The notes beneath the pieces are model-generated. The model did not search any database and was not told the origin of the DNA. It worked only from the letters and a program-made list of their open reading frames with translations. Both the position numbers and the translations under genes were made by a program. 64,000 nt of DNA. Origin: a virus. Taxonomy: Duplodnaviria > Caudoviricetes. Shown here piece by piece: positions 50,138 through 59,676 of the stretch (its first letter is position 1; each line of letters opens with the position of its first letter). The stretch covers positions 64,001 to 128,000 of IMG/VR virus record IMGVR_UViG_2724679183_000002. One strand, given 5' to 3'.

Positions 50138-50656
50138 ATGATTAAAGTAATTGCAATTGACATGGATCAGGTTTTGGCAGACTTACTAAGTGATTGGGTA
50201 TCTTACATAAACACACACGATGATCCTTTGCTGAATGAGGAAGACATATTGTGTTGGAATATTAAAAAATATGTAAATACCAAAAACAATGTTTATAGAC
50301 ATTTGGATTACGATCTATTTAGAAACCTTAATGTCATAGAAGGTAGCCAAAGAGTTGTTAAAGAGCTTATGAAGAAGTATGAAGTGTATGTAGTCACAAC
50401 AGCCACAAATCATCCTGAGTCTTTAAAAGCAAAGCTAGAATGGCTGGCAGAGCATTTTCCGTTTATCTCGCATAGTAATGTTGTACTATGTGGCAATAAA
50501 AACATAATTAAAGCAGACATAATGATTGATGACGGAATACATAACTTAGAAACATTTGATGGGATAAAGATACTATTCGACGCACCCCATAACAGGAATG
50601 AAGACAGATTTATTCGTGTAAGAGATTGGGAAGAGATCGAACAAAAATTACTTTAA
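50138..50656 (+). CDS. yorS: 5'(3')-deoxyribonucleotidase (HAD)
   Basis: IDMDQVLAD, IDDG..NL, PHN. Confidence 0.9.
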   Translation: MIKVIAIDMDQVLADLLSDWVSYINTHDDPLLNEEDILCWNIKKYVNTKNNVYRHLDYDLFRNLNVIEGSQRVVKELMKKYEVYVVTTATNHPESLKAKLEWLAEHFPFISHSNVVLCGNKNIIKADIMIDDGIHNLETFDGIKILFDAPHNRNEDRFIRVRDWEEIEQKLL

Positions 50657-50695
50657 AATATCTCTTTTAAAAGAATAAAATTAAATTAAATCGAG

Positions 50696-50923
50696 GTGGA
50701 TTCGATGGGGAACTATCCAGAAAGCTTGAAAAAAGAAACAGAGAAAATAAAACAAGAAGTAAGAAGCGGAAAGTTTACCGAAGAAAAAATAAGAGAGATT
50801 GCTAAATCTGCAGTTGAATATTTGCGGTCTGAAGAAAAAAGTCACGTATATTGTGCAAAAGTTGCTGGAGCAATGGCTGATAACTTAAATGAATTCTTCA
50901 AACCTTATCTAAACGGGGAATAA
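50696..50923 (+). CDS. Hypothetical phage protein
   Basis: 75-aa ORF after site 50654. Confidence 0.55.
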   Translation: MDSMGNYPESLKKETEKIKQEVRSGKFTEEKIREIAKSAVEYLRSEEKSHVYCAKVAGAMADNLNEFFKPYLNGE

Positions 50924-50960
50924 TACAACAGGATAAAAAGAAAGGATAAAGGGATGTTTA

Positions 50961-51188
50961 TTGAAAAGGTACTATGTTAGATGTAAAGATCACAAAGGCG
51001 AAAACGCTTCTTTGGTAATTGAAGCAACGTCTGCAGAAGAGGCTAGACGAAAGGTATTAGATATACATAAAGTGAAAGTTGTCTATAACGTAAGCCTTGA
51101 AGAAGGTATGGCGGGAAATTATCTTCAGAGAAAACATTCACCGTACATAAAGAATGACAATGGTAAAGCTATATTCATATTCTCGTAG
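50961..51188 (+). CDS. Hypothetical phage protein
   Basis: 75-aa ORF. Confidence 0.55.
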   Translation: MKRYYVRCKDHKGENASLVIEATSAEEARRKVLDIHKVKVVYNVSLEEGMAGNYLQRKHSPYIKNDNGKAIFIFS

Positions 51189-51389
51189 GAGGTAGTAGCT
51201 ATCAAAGAAATCAGAAATGATTTGATCGGCAATGACATTGATAATATTGAATCATTGCTAGACAGGTTATATGTCTATTTGGAGAACAATATCCGGTATG
51301 AGGATAAACGCGTATGGGACACAACAGAGAAGACACTATTACAAGTATTTGTAGCCTTAAAAAATATTAAAGAAATGCAATAAAAACAG

Positions 51390-51418
51390 TAGACAAAAAT
51401 AAAAAATAAGTATAAAAT
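51390..51418 (+). promoter_or_regulatory. sigmaA promoter with an SPBRE-like site in the spacer
   Basis: TAGACA-N17-TAAAAT overlapping AAAATAAAAAATAAGTATA (51396-51414). Confidence 0.65.
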
Positions 51419-51450
51419 AAAATCAAATAAGAAGGGCGAGGAGAGGATAA

Positions 51451-51657
51451 ATGAATCGTGTATGTGATATCTGTAAGGAATACATAGAAGGCCAAATCAT
51501 ATGCCTCAGAGTAAGTGACTTGAAGACTTATGTAGACTTCAATTGTTGCAATGATTGCGCTCAAGAACAATCAAAACGTATTAAGAATGAATGCAGTGAA
51601 ATGACCGTTTCAAAAACTTTGGAACACTTAAATTTAAAAAGTGAAATAAGAGCATAA
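51451..51657 (+). CDS. Small Cys-rich protein
   Basis: CDIC...CCNDC. Confidence 0.6.
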   Translation: MNRVCDICKEYIEGQIICLRVSDLKTYVDFNCCNDCAQEQSKRIKNECSEMTVSKTLEHLNLKSEIRA

Positions 51658-51770
51658 AATATTCCTTTTATCTAGAATTATTTTTCAAATGTAAAAAACG
51701 CCATAAAACTTCTATGGCGTCTGACCAAAAATGGAGGTAATACTAACATGGCGTTTGATAAGGAGAGGTT

Positions 51771-51851
51771 TTAATAGCCACCAAAGAAAGATGTTCCAAC
51801 GATGACTAGTAAGATAAACAGCACCACAATTAATGCGAAGGAGCCGCCCAT
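51771..51851 (-). CDS. yosA: YjcZ/SscA-family sporulation peptide (26 aa, missed by the ORF track)
   Basis: GGGAGGTGA RBS; MGGSFALIVVLFILLVIVGTSFFGGY. Confidence 0.8.
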   Translation of the reverse strand: MGGSFALIVVLFILLVIVGTSFFGGY

Positions 51852-52101
51852 ATACTCACCTCCCTTAAAAGAGGATAGTACATGATATGCTGAATGAGCA
51901 AATTCGAGAGGGATGCTAGTCTAGTTGATCTTAAAATGATTGTTTAGCCTTGGAAATAGTAACTTTTAATGGTTTTAGATTAGGGAGCCAGCCTGGAAGT
52001 ATAGCTCCAATCAGAGCTAAATTATATATATCTGTTGATTATAATTTCCCGGGCAAGCGCAGTATACGACAAATCAAAACAAATAATGAGGAGAAATAAA
52101 T

Positions 52102-52305
52102 ATGAAAAACGAAAAATGGGTAGTTGAGGTCTATGCAGGAGAGCAATACGTTGGAAAAATGTCTTTGCCGAATACAAAAGTGGAAGTTTTTGATCACAGG
52201 GAACAAGCAATTACTGAGGCACAGAAACTGAAGGCAAAAGGCAGCATAGGAATCTGGTGTAAAGTAGTGCCGCATATGGAGGAGCTTGATGCAACTAGCC
52301 ATTAA
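52102..52305 (+). CDS. Hypothetical phage protein
   Basis: GAGGAG RBS. Confidence 0.55.
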   Translation: MKNEKWVVEVYAGEQYVGKMSLPNTKVEVFDHREQAITEAQKLKAKGSIGIWCKVVPHMEELDATSH

Positions 52306-52465
52306 TATTCTTGAGCTTGTAGGACTTCTGTTAATTGGATTTGTATCAATAGATACATATGGATCGAAAAGGAGACTAAAACCTCAAATTGCTTTAGGGT
52401 TGCTGTTTGTGGCAGGAATACTATTCGTAAGTGGAGCAATCTTATTGATTCTCAACAATATCTAA
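52289..52465 (+). CDS. 58-aa membrane protein (YosB-like)
   Basis: GGAGGAG RBS; MQLAINILELVGLLLIGF. Confidence 0.55.
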   Translation: MQLAINILELVGLLLIGFVSIDTYGSKRRLKPQIALGLLFVAGILFVSGAILLILNNI

Positions 52466-52496
52466 ATGAAATTCAATTTTTATATGGAAACGAGGA

Positions 52497-52955
52497 ATGA
52501 ACATGAAGCTCAAAAAAGCAGATTGGACTATTGTCCAAGAAGCGGAAGAACAAGGCTTAATGGTTGGTATGACGGGACTTATTGAAAGAAAGCGAACTGA
52601 TTTAAACAATGAATTGAGTGATTATTTTAGAAAGCAACTTCCCGCCTATACTGGTAGTTTTGATGAAAATGAAGGGGAAGAAATCCTGTATTCAATTAAC
52701 GAATACATAACAGAAAACAATATTGATATGTACCCTTTAGACTTTCCAATTACAGATGGAACAGACGTTCATTTGATTCCTATAACCGAAAATATTCAAT
52801 TGAAAGTAATTGTGGCAGATGAATATCATGGTGGTGGTGACTATTCAAAATATGTTATGGCAGATTTCTTCTTGATCAATGACAAGGCAACTACGAAAGA
52901 CGTTGCCGTACTAATTGATTTTGTTAAAAAACATCTTTTGCAAGGGAGTAAATAA
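52497..52955 (+). CDS. Hypothetical phage protein
   Basis: 152-aa ORF after site 52467. Confidence 0.6.
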   Translation: MNMKLKKADWTIVQEAEEQGLMVGMTGLIERKRTDLNNELSDYFRKQLPAYTGSFDENEGEEILYSINEYITENNIDMYPLDFPITDGTDVHLIPITENIQLKVIVADEYHGGGDYSKYVMADFFLINDKATTKDVAVLIDFVKKHLLQGSK

Positions 52956-53080
52956 TATATGAAAGAAAAGTTGAGTTTAGCAGTTAACTTTATCGAGAAC
53001 AATAGAGATGAAATGGGAAATAAAAAATCGCTGGATATGCTTTTGAAAGCTTTGAAGAAAATCATCAACGAGGGAGAAAA

Positions 53081-53401
53081 ATGAGGTTTCACATACTTGA
53101 AGAGAAACAAATGAGGGATATCGGTTTTACTGACCATGTGAAATCAAAATGGTACTTCGTAAAGACAATTCAGCCTAACATAACCTTTAATTTAACAATA
53201 AATAAAAACAGTCTCAAAGGTGAAATTGACGTATTAGATGAAAGATACTTGCAACCGTATGACTATCAGTACTATATGAATGTTTATACAAGGAAAAAGC
53301 TTGAATTTCCACACGTTACACATGAAAAAGTGCAAGAGCTCATGGCTAGCTTTATTGAAAAAGGCATCATTACAGAATATACAATGGGGAGCTACATTTA
53401 A
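53081..53401 (+). CDS. Hypothetical phage protein
   Basis: IDVLDE.YLQPYDYQ motif. Confidence 0.6.
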   Translation: MRFHILEEKQMRDIGFTDHVKSKWYFVKTIQPNITFNLTINKNSLKGEIDVLDERYLQPYDYQYYMNVYTRKKLEFPHVTHEKVQELMASFIEKGIITEYTMGSYI

Positions 53402-53413
53402 GGAGGTGAATAA

Positions 53414-53839
53414 GTGGGAAGACACAAAGCAAAGTTTGAAGGATTGGTAATGAAAGAAAGTTATTACGCTCACCGTGCACCAGGTACAGATAGGTGGATT
53501 ACTCATCCAGTGACCAAAGTTTGTCGTACTGAATCAATCTTTGAGGGGCATATAGATATTGAGCCTATAGAAATTGGAGGTAAAGTTTATATCCCTGGAC
53601 TTAATGAATATGTCATAGTGACTGACAGGCAACGAAACATACATAACGAATGGACATATCAAACTGACAGAGTGATTAAGACAATTGTAGATGAAAAAAG
53701 CTTGAAGGAATCCGAGGAACTCAATGAGGAGCACCATGTATCTTTAAAGCAAAATCCTCATAATAGGTCTTGGTGCAACAGACTCCGAAACATTTTCCAA
53801 GAAACGAAAAATAAAATAATAGAAAGGAGTAAGGGGTGA
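53414..53839 (+). CDS. YosD-like protein
   Basis: MGRHKAKFEG, AAGGAGG RBS. Confidence 0.55.
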   Translation: MGRHKAKFEGLVMKESYYAHRAPGTDRWITHPVTKVCRTESIFEGHIDIEPIEIGGKVYIPGLNEYVIVTDRQRNIHNEWTYQTDRVIKTIVDEKSLKESEELNEEHHVSLKQNPHNRSWCNRLRNIFQETKNKIIERSKG

Positions 53840-54118
53840 TTGGCTAAACTTTTAATAGAATATGAAGGTGCCTTCGAGCTTACAGAAAATGTATGCGGAA
53901 ATAAAATAATGTCTGGTACGACTTTAGTGCGAGACTTAGGGGATTTTATTACTTATGACTTAGTACTCAATGAGAAACCTAAGGTCAATATTAAAAGGGT
54001 TAATGATAAAGGGGAAATTATTCAAGAAATAAGTGGAGTGAAATTGTCAATTTCCGAAAACGAAAATAAGCAAAAAATTTTAGAAAACTTAACAACCTTG
54101 CTAAAAAAATCACTTTAA
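53840..54118 (+). CDS. Hypothetical phage protein
   Basis: 92-aa ORF whose stop codon is part of site 54116. Confidence 0.55.
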   Translation: MAKLLIEYEGAFELTENVCGNKIMSGTTLVRDLGDFITYDLVLNEKPKVNIKRVNDKGEIIQEISGVKLSISENENKQKILENLTTLLKKSL

Positions 54119-54155
54119 AAGTTTTATTTTATATAAACAGAAGAGGAGTTTTAAT

Positions 54156-54482
54156 ATGACAAACGTTAACATTACCTTTTATACGGAAAAGGTAAATAAA
54201 TATCTGGCAAATGAGTATGGATTAATAACAGAGGTAGACGCAGAAGCTAAAGAAGAAAATGGTGAACTTGTTCTTTTTAGAGTTTCTGAAACGGATTTAG
54301 AAAAATTAGAAGACCATCTGGAGAGCGGTAAACGGGTCATTCTTAAACTTAAAGACGATAATGAATATGAAAAATGGTTCAAACTAGATGATATAAAATT
54401 AAAGTCCTTAGATTTAATCAACTGTAAAGCGTTCTTGAAACTAGAAGAAATCTTGGAATTACAAATTGAAATAAAAGGATGA
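54156..54482 (+). CDS. Hypothetical protein bounded by sites 54116 and 54472
   Basis: GAGGAG RBS. Confidence 0.6.
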   Translation: MTNVNITFYTEKVNKYLANEYGLITEVDAEAKEENGELVLFRVSETDLEKLEDHLESGKRVILKLKDDNEYEKWFKLDDIKLKSLDLINCKAFLKLEEILELQIEIKG

Positions 54483-54512
54483 TTTTAAGTAGACAGAAAG
54501 GAAGAGATTGCC

Positions 54513-54704
54513 TTGGCATATGAAGAAAACAGTGGCAAACTGATTAATCCTACAATTAACGATGTCATTAAGGTATTACAAGAGTAGCTTGAATTTAACG
54601 GGGATACTCCTTTTAGATGCATAATTGAAGGAGAAGACACTGAAAATGAAATTCAGGTGGACTTTTATAAAAATGCTTTATTGTTTCACTTAGAGGAAGC
54701 TTAA
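54513..54704 (+). pseudogene. Small gene with an in-frame TAG at 54585 (YosJ-like)
   Basis: MAYEENSGKLINPTINDVIKVLQE*LEFNGDTPFRC...FHLEEA. Confidence 0.55.
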
Positions 54705-54719
54705 ATAAGGAGGAAAGGG

Positions 54720-55098
54720 ATGTACTTTATAACAGAACCGAATAACCTTATTGGTAAAGAAATTGGGTTCATTCATGCAAACCAATTCTGTGATCATACT
54801 ACAATTGTAACCAAAGACGGTGGAGTGTTGATTGTAAAACAGGTTTTCGACTTAGACGAAGGGCAAACAAACACCATTGTATTTAATGAATATCGGGCAA
54901 AAAAAGAGCTGTATGAGAACAAATACGCTAAACACGAACTTAATAAACTTAAAATCATTACGAAAAAAAGACTGGGCTGATTATGAACTGCAGCTTAAAA
55001 AAGCTGAAGAAGCTCGTCAAATTGAATACCAGAAGAAAAAAGAAGAGCGGGAAAGATTAGAATATGAACGACTAAAACTGAAATTTGAGGGGCAATAA
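54720..55098 (+). pseudogene. Frameshifted gene (YosG-like); extra A in the A7 run at 54963-54969
   Basis: ORFs 54720-54980 and 54877-55098 join as ...KIITKKDWADYE... if one A is removed. Confidence 0.6.
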
Positions 55099-55104
55099 AT
55101 TCAA

Positions 55105-55317
55105 ATGGATACATACGAAGTAGTTGGTTGCTGGTTTAGACATTATAAAGGCGGTCTGTATAAGGTTATTGGAGAGGTCATTCACACTGAAACAGAAGAA
55201 AAGCTGGTTACATATGAAGACCAAGACGGTGTTCTTTGGGCAAGACCTAAAGAAATGTTCTTTGGAAATGTGGCTATTGATGGTAAAGAGATTAAGAGAT
55301 TCACAAAAATAAAATAA
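55105..55317 (+). CDS. DUF1653-domain protein
   Basis: RHYKGGLYKVI...HTETEE.LV.Y...WARP..MF. Confidence 0.85.
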   Translation: MDTYEVVGCWFRHYKGGLYKVIGEVIHTETEEKLVTYEDQDGVLWARPKEMFFGNVAIDGKEIKRFTKIK

Positions 55318-55382
55318 AAGGGTGATGAAACCTGGAGTATATTAAGCATGGTAAATACGTAAAGGGATACATCGACTATAAT

Positions 55383-55691
55383 TTGCACTTTGATTCAAAC
55401 GATGAAGAAAGTAGTTATATTGAACAAAGAATATTCAATAATTCAAATGAGCTGTTTGAACATATGCAACCGAGTTTCTTAGAAGAGCTTAAAGATGCGC
55501 ATGGTGCTAATGATATTGAGGTCTTTGGTGTTACGTTTATAGCCGAAGAAAAGGGGATTGAATCAGTAATTACTATGTATGATACAAGCTCACAATTTAG
55601 AGTCTCAACCGAGTTAGATGTTAGTGATTTAGACAGTGAATATAAGCAAACATTACAAAACATTAAAAGCATTGTAGATAAAAAACTGTAA
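55383..55691 (+). CDS. Hypothetical phage protein
   Basis: ORF track; start uncertain. Confidence 0.5.
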   Translation: MHFDSNDEESSYIEQRIFNNSNELFEHMQPSFLEELKDAHGANDIEVFGVTFIAEEKGIESVITMYDTSSQFRVSTELDVSDLDSEYKQTLQNIKSIVDKKL

Positions 55692-55706
55692 GAGTAAAGG
55701 GAAAGG

Positions 55707-56072
55707 ATGATGAAAATGGACATTAGAGAGTTTATTGCTGAGCAGAGAAAAGACGAAAAATTCTTGGGTTTGAGATCAAAATTAAGGGAACTAATTGAAC
55801 ACAGAAGACTAGGACTTGTTGAAATGCTTGGTCATAAAATCGATAGCCTGAATCAAGAGCAACTTATGGAATTCAAACATAAATTCAGTGAATTAACTGC
55901 ATTTAAAGAAAAGGTGAGCAATGATCCTTTCAGCATTAGCCTGGATGAACTTGGCGAACTCCTATGTTTCCAAAAAAATAAGGAAGGTAGATACAAAACT
56001 CTGGAAGATGTTCTGAGTAAAACGATTGATCCATACATTGATAAACCAAAACAGACCACATTTATTTATTAA
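55707..56072 (+). CDS. Hypothetical phage protein
   Basis: 121-aa ORF. Confidence 0.55.
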   Translation: MMKMDIREFIAEQRKDEKFLGLRSKLRELIEHRRLGLVEMLGHKIDSLNQEQLMEFKHKFSELTAFKEKVSNDPFSISLDELGELLCFQKNKEGRYKTLEDVLSKTIDPYIDKPKQTTFIY

Positions 56073-56284
56073 TATTTCTAGATAAAATCACAGTTTCATA
56101 GAAAGGGGAAGTTCAATTGAGCGCAGCAAGAAAGTGGAGAGATCTAAGAAGCAAATTAATTGGATATAAGGCCTTCGGTAAGTTCAGTGATGTTGTTATT
56201 GACCATATTCTCAATGATATGGATGAGTTAGACGTAAGACATGAAAAAGATAAAAACAAAAAATAAAGAAAAGGGAGTTGTGGA

Positions 56285-56635
56285 ATGGGAGCTGCTAAAC
56301 AGTTATACGTTAAGCGCAGTCACTTTGTAACCTTGGATGAAGCAAAAGAAAATACGCAAGTACATATGAAGAATGGCGGTTCTTACACTGCTTTAAAAGG
56401 AGAACTGATTGCAACCAACCTAGAAGGGGATCAAATGGTTATCACACAAGAGCAGAAGGATAATTATATCCCAGTACCAATGACCGAGCTATCAGATTAT
56501 AAAGCTCAAATGGCTAAAGGCTATGCTGAGATGGCTGAGATTAATTTAGAAATGTCTGAAGCATTCCGCCATGCTGAAAATGAAGCAGAAACAACTACGA
56601 ACAGCTTAGTTAACGGAGCATATAAAGAATTTTGA
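56285..56635 (+). CDS. yosL: YosL, MazE(EndoAI)-mimic MazF inhibitor
   Basis: C-terminal MAKGYAEMAEINLEMSE.F.HAENEAETT resembles the B. subtilis MazE C-terminus; upstream of nrdI as in SPbeta. Confidence 0.8.
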   Translation: MGAAKQLYVKRSHFVTLDEAKENTQVHMKNGGSYTALKGELIATNLEGDQMVITQEQKDNYIPVPMTELSDYKAQMAKGYAEMAEINLEMSEAFRHAENEAETTTNSLVNGAYKEF

Positions 56636-56997
56636 TTATTACATATGAAAGCAAGACAGGTAACGTGAAAAGATTTGCTCAAGCAGTACAAAGGAAGTTA
56701 AACTTCGACACCATTGAAATTACAGATGGCTTAATTGTCGAGGAAGAATTCATACATATTACATATACGATAGGCTTTGGGGAAGTGCCTGAAAAGACTT
56801 TGAATTTCATTAATAAGAATAAAAATAAAATAAAGGGAGTTGCTGTGAGTGGAAACAAAGTTTGGGGTGATAACTATGGTTTAGCTGGAGACAAGCTTTC
56901 AACAATGTTCCAAGTACCATTGTTATTAAAGTTTGAACTAAGTGGAACAAAACAAGACGTGCAGAAGATTACTCAGGAGGTACAACTTATTGACTAA
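56632..56997 (+). CDS. nrdI: Class Ib RNR flavodoxin NrdI
   Basis: YESKTGNVKRF, TYTIGFGEVP, SGNKVWG, FELSGT. Confidence 0.95.
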   Translation: MIITYESKTGNVKRFAQAVQRKLNFDTIEITDGLIVEEEFIHITYTIGFGEVPEKTLNFINKNKNKIKGVAVSGNKVWGDNYGLAGDKLSTMFQVPLLLKFELSGTKQDVQKITQEVQLID

Positions 56998-59336
56998 CAG
57001 TATTCCAAAGTGGATCAGGCTTAATAATGAGATCGTTATTCAGAAAGATGGGAAGTTTCAATTCGAGAAGGATAGGGAGGCAGTACACAGTTACTTTGTT
57101 GATTACATTAATCAAAACACCGTCTTTTTCCATGACTTAAAAGAGAAGCTGGACTATTTAATTAAAAATGATTATTACGAAGAAGAATTTTTAAACGAAT
57201 ATACATTTGAGCAGATTAAATCAATTTATAAAATTGCTTACAGTTACAAATTTAGATTCCCTTCCTTCATGAGTGCCTTTAAGTTCTACAATGATTATGC
57301 ATTGAAGACAAACGACAAAACAAAGATTCTGGAAAGGTATGAGGATCGTGTCTCAATTGTAGCCTTATATTGTGCAGATGGTGATTTTGAGAAAGCAGTT
57401 CAGAATGTACACACGATGATGAAACAAGAGTACCAACCAGCTACACCTACTTTCCTTAATGCAGGCCGTAAGCGACGAGGAGAAATGGTTAGCTGCTTCC
57501 TACTCGAAGTAGGAGACAGTTTGAATGATATTTCACGCGCAATTGACATTTCAATGCAGCTGTCTAAATTAGGCGGTGGTGTTGCATTAAATCTAAACAA
57601 GTTAAGAGCCAAAGGCGAAGCGATTAAAGACGTAGAGAATGCAACTAAAGGTGTCGTAGGCGTTATGAAGCTATTGGATAATGCTTTTAGATATGCAGAC
57701 CAAATGGGTTGATTTGGCCCCTTTCGTCAGTAATGGCGATCGAAAACCTCTTTAATTCATGGGAACTCCTACAGGGACAATCATGAGCGAAGCCCATTTG
57801 GGAACGTGCAACGACTAGCCGAAAGGCGTACACTGCAAGCGATCGGTAGTGGAAACGGGAGGCATCCTACAGGGATGAAGATATAGTCTAACCTTCATGG
57901 CAACATGAAGCAGTCATAAGGCGGGGCGTGCTTAGCGAACATGTCTGAATGGTCTGCAAAGACAGGGATCAGGAGCTGCTTATCTCAGTGTTTTTCACCC
58001 AGACATTGTCGACTTCTTAGATGTCAAAAAAATAAGTGCTGATGAAGATGTCCGGGTTAAAACATTGTCTATTGGTGTAGTTGTTCCTGATAAATTTATT
58101 GAATTGGCAAGAGAAGATAAGGACTTCTACATGTTCTATCCTCATTCTGTTTACAAAGAATACGGACAGTATCTTGATGAGATGAACATTAATGAAATGT
58201 ATGACGAGCTTGTTGAAAACCCTAGAGTTAGAAAAGCGAAAGGAAATGCTCGAAAGCTGTTTCAGCAATTAGCAATTCTAAGAAGCGAATCAGGCTATCC
58301 GTATATTATGTTTGCTGACAATGTAAATAAAGTACATCCAAATGAACATATTTCAAAAGTGAAATTTTCTAACCTCTGTAGCGAGGTACTCCAATCTTCA
58401 CAAGTATCAGTTTATACGGATTACAATCAGGAAGATGAAATCGGATTAGATATCTCATGTAATCTTGGATCGATGAACATTGCAAATGTAATGAGTAATC
58501 AATCAATTGCTTCCACAGTAAAGACAGCTATTGATTCCCTAACAACTGTGACAAGAAAAACAAACATTGTAAATGCACCAGCTGTTGCGAGAGCAAATAT
58601 GTTAATGAGATCAATTGGGCTAGGACAGATGAACCTTCATGGTTTTTTGGCTCAAAATAAAATTTCTTATGAAAGTGAAGAAGCTAAGGATTTTGTAAAT
58701 ACATACTTTATGATGGTTAACTTCTACTCCCTCCAACGTTCAATGGAAATTGCGAGAGAAACAGGGGAGACATACTACAAGTTTGATGGATCAACTTACA
58801 AATCAGGCGAGTATTTCGATAAGTACGTGACAAATGATTATAGCCCTCAGTATGAAAAGGTTAAAAAGCTGTTTGGAGATCAACATATTCCTAACATTGA
58901 AGATTGGAAGAAGCTTAAAGAAGATGTGATGAAATATGGCTTGTATCATTCTTATAGACAGGCTGTAGCTCCAACTGGAAGCATCTCATATGTTCAATCA
59001 TCCACTGCAGGTGTAATGCCGATTATGGAGAGAATTGAGGAACGTACATACGGAAACAGCAAAACATATTATCCAATGCCAGGCTTATCAGCTCAGAATT
59101 GGTTCTTTTATAAGGAAGCGTACGACATGGACATGTTTAAAGTTGTTGATCTTATTGCAACAATTCAGCAGCACGTCGACCAAGGGATTTCATTCACGCT
59201 CTTCTTGAAGGACACGATGACAACGAGAGACCTAAACAGAATTGACTTATATGCGCATCACAGAGGCATAAAAACACTGTACTATGCCCGGACGAAGGAT
59301 ACAGGTCAGGAAGGTTGCTTGTCCTGCGTTGTTTAA
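56990..59336 (+). CDS. nrdE: Class Ib ribonucleotide reductase alpha subunit, spliced from exons 56990-57709 and 57957-59336 (699 aa), no intein
   Basis: PATPTFLNAG, SCFL, YADQMG|QRQGSGA, SNLCSE, APTGSIS, C-terminal CLSC. Confidence 0.95.
57710..57956 (+). mobile_element. ORF-less group I intron (247 nt) in nrdE
   Basis: 5' exon ends in U (GGT) pairing with GGCCC; GCAACGACTA/GATATAGTC P7; terminal G; frame restored. Confidence 0.92.
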
Positions 59337-59355
59337 ACGAAGAGGAGGCGGAGAA

Positions 59356-59658
59356 ATGAAGTTTTATTATGAATTCAGAGAAAACGAATATTACGCGTTG
59401 GTTGTTGTAAGTGTTGAGGATAACGATCTTTATACAAAATCGCACGTAAAAGCGGCAGAACTTTATTTAGAGTGCGTTGGAGGCGAGAGTGTAGCCGGAA
59501 TTTTAGAAGAGGCTCATCCAATCTTGATAACCGAAGAGCTTGCATTTTTACGCGTTGCTCAGGATAAAAGCGCTCATGATATCTGCGTAGGGGACTTACT
59601 GAAGCAGTTTCAAGCATCAACAGACGTAGTTCTGCTAATTGATGGTTCGCTACTTTAA
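59356..59658 (+). CDS. Hypothetical 100-aa protein between nrdE and nrdF
   Basis: GAGGAGG RBS, MKFYYEFRENEYYAL. Confidence 0.6.
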   Translation: MKFYYEFRENEYYALVVVSVEDNDLYTKSHVKAAELYLECVGGESVAGILEEAHPILITEELAFLRVAQDKSAHDICVGDLLKQFQASTDVVLLIDGSLL

Positions 59659-59676
59659 ATAAGGGAGGACAAATAA

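Noticed and set aside
15501-51414. AAAATAAAAAATAAGTATA repeat as a novel element
   Set aside because: It matches the known SPbeta repeated element bound by MrpR, so it is listed as a feature, not a discovery.
13772-54587. Genome-wide TAG reassignment
   Set aside because: Many intact genes end in TAG at the expected length (3762, 17455, 17793, 20631, 36337), so TAG is a normal stop.
58340-58400. Intein in nrdE
   Set aside because: KFSNLCSEVLQ is contiguous and the spliced protein has normal length (699 aa).
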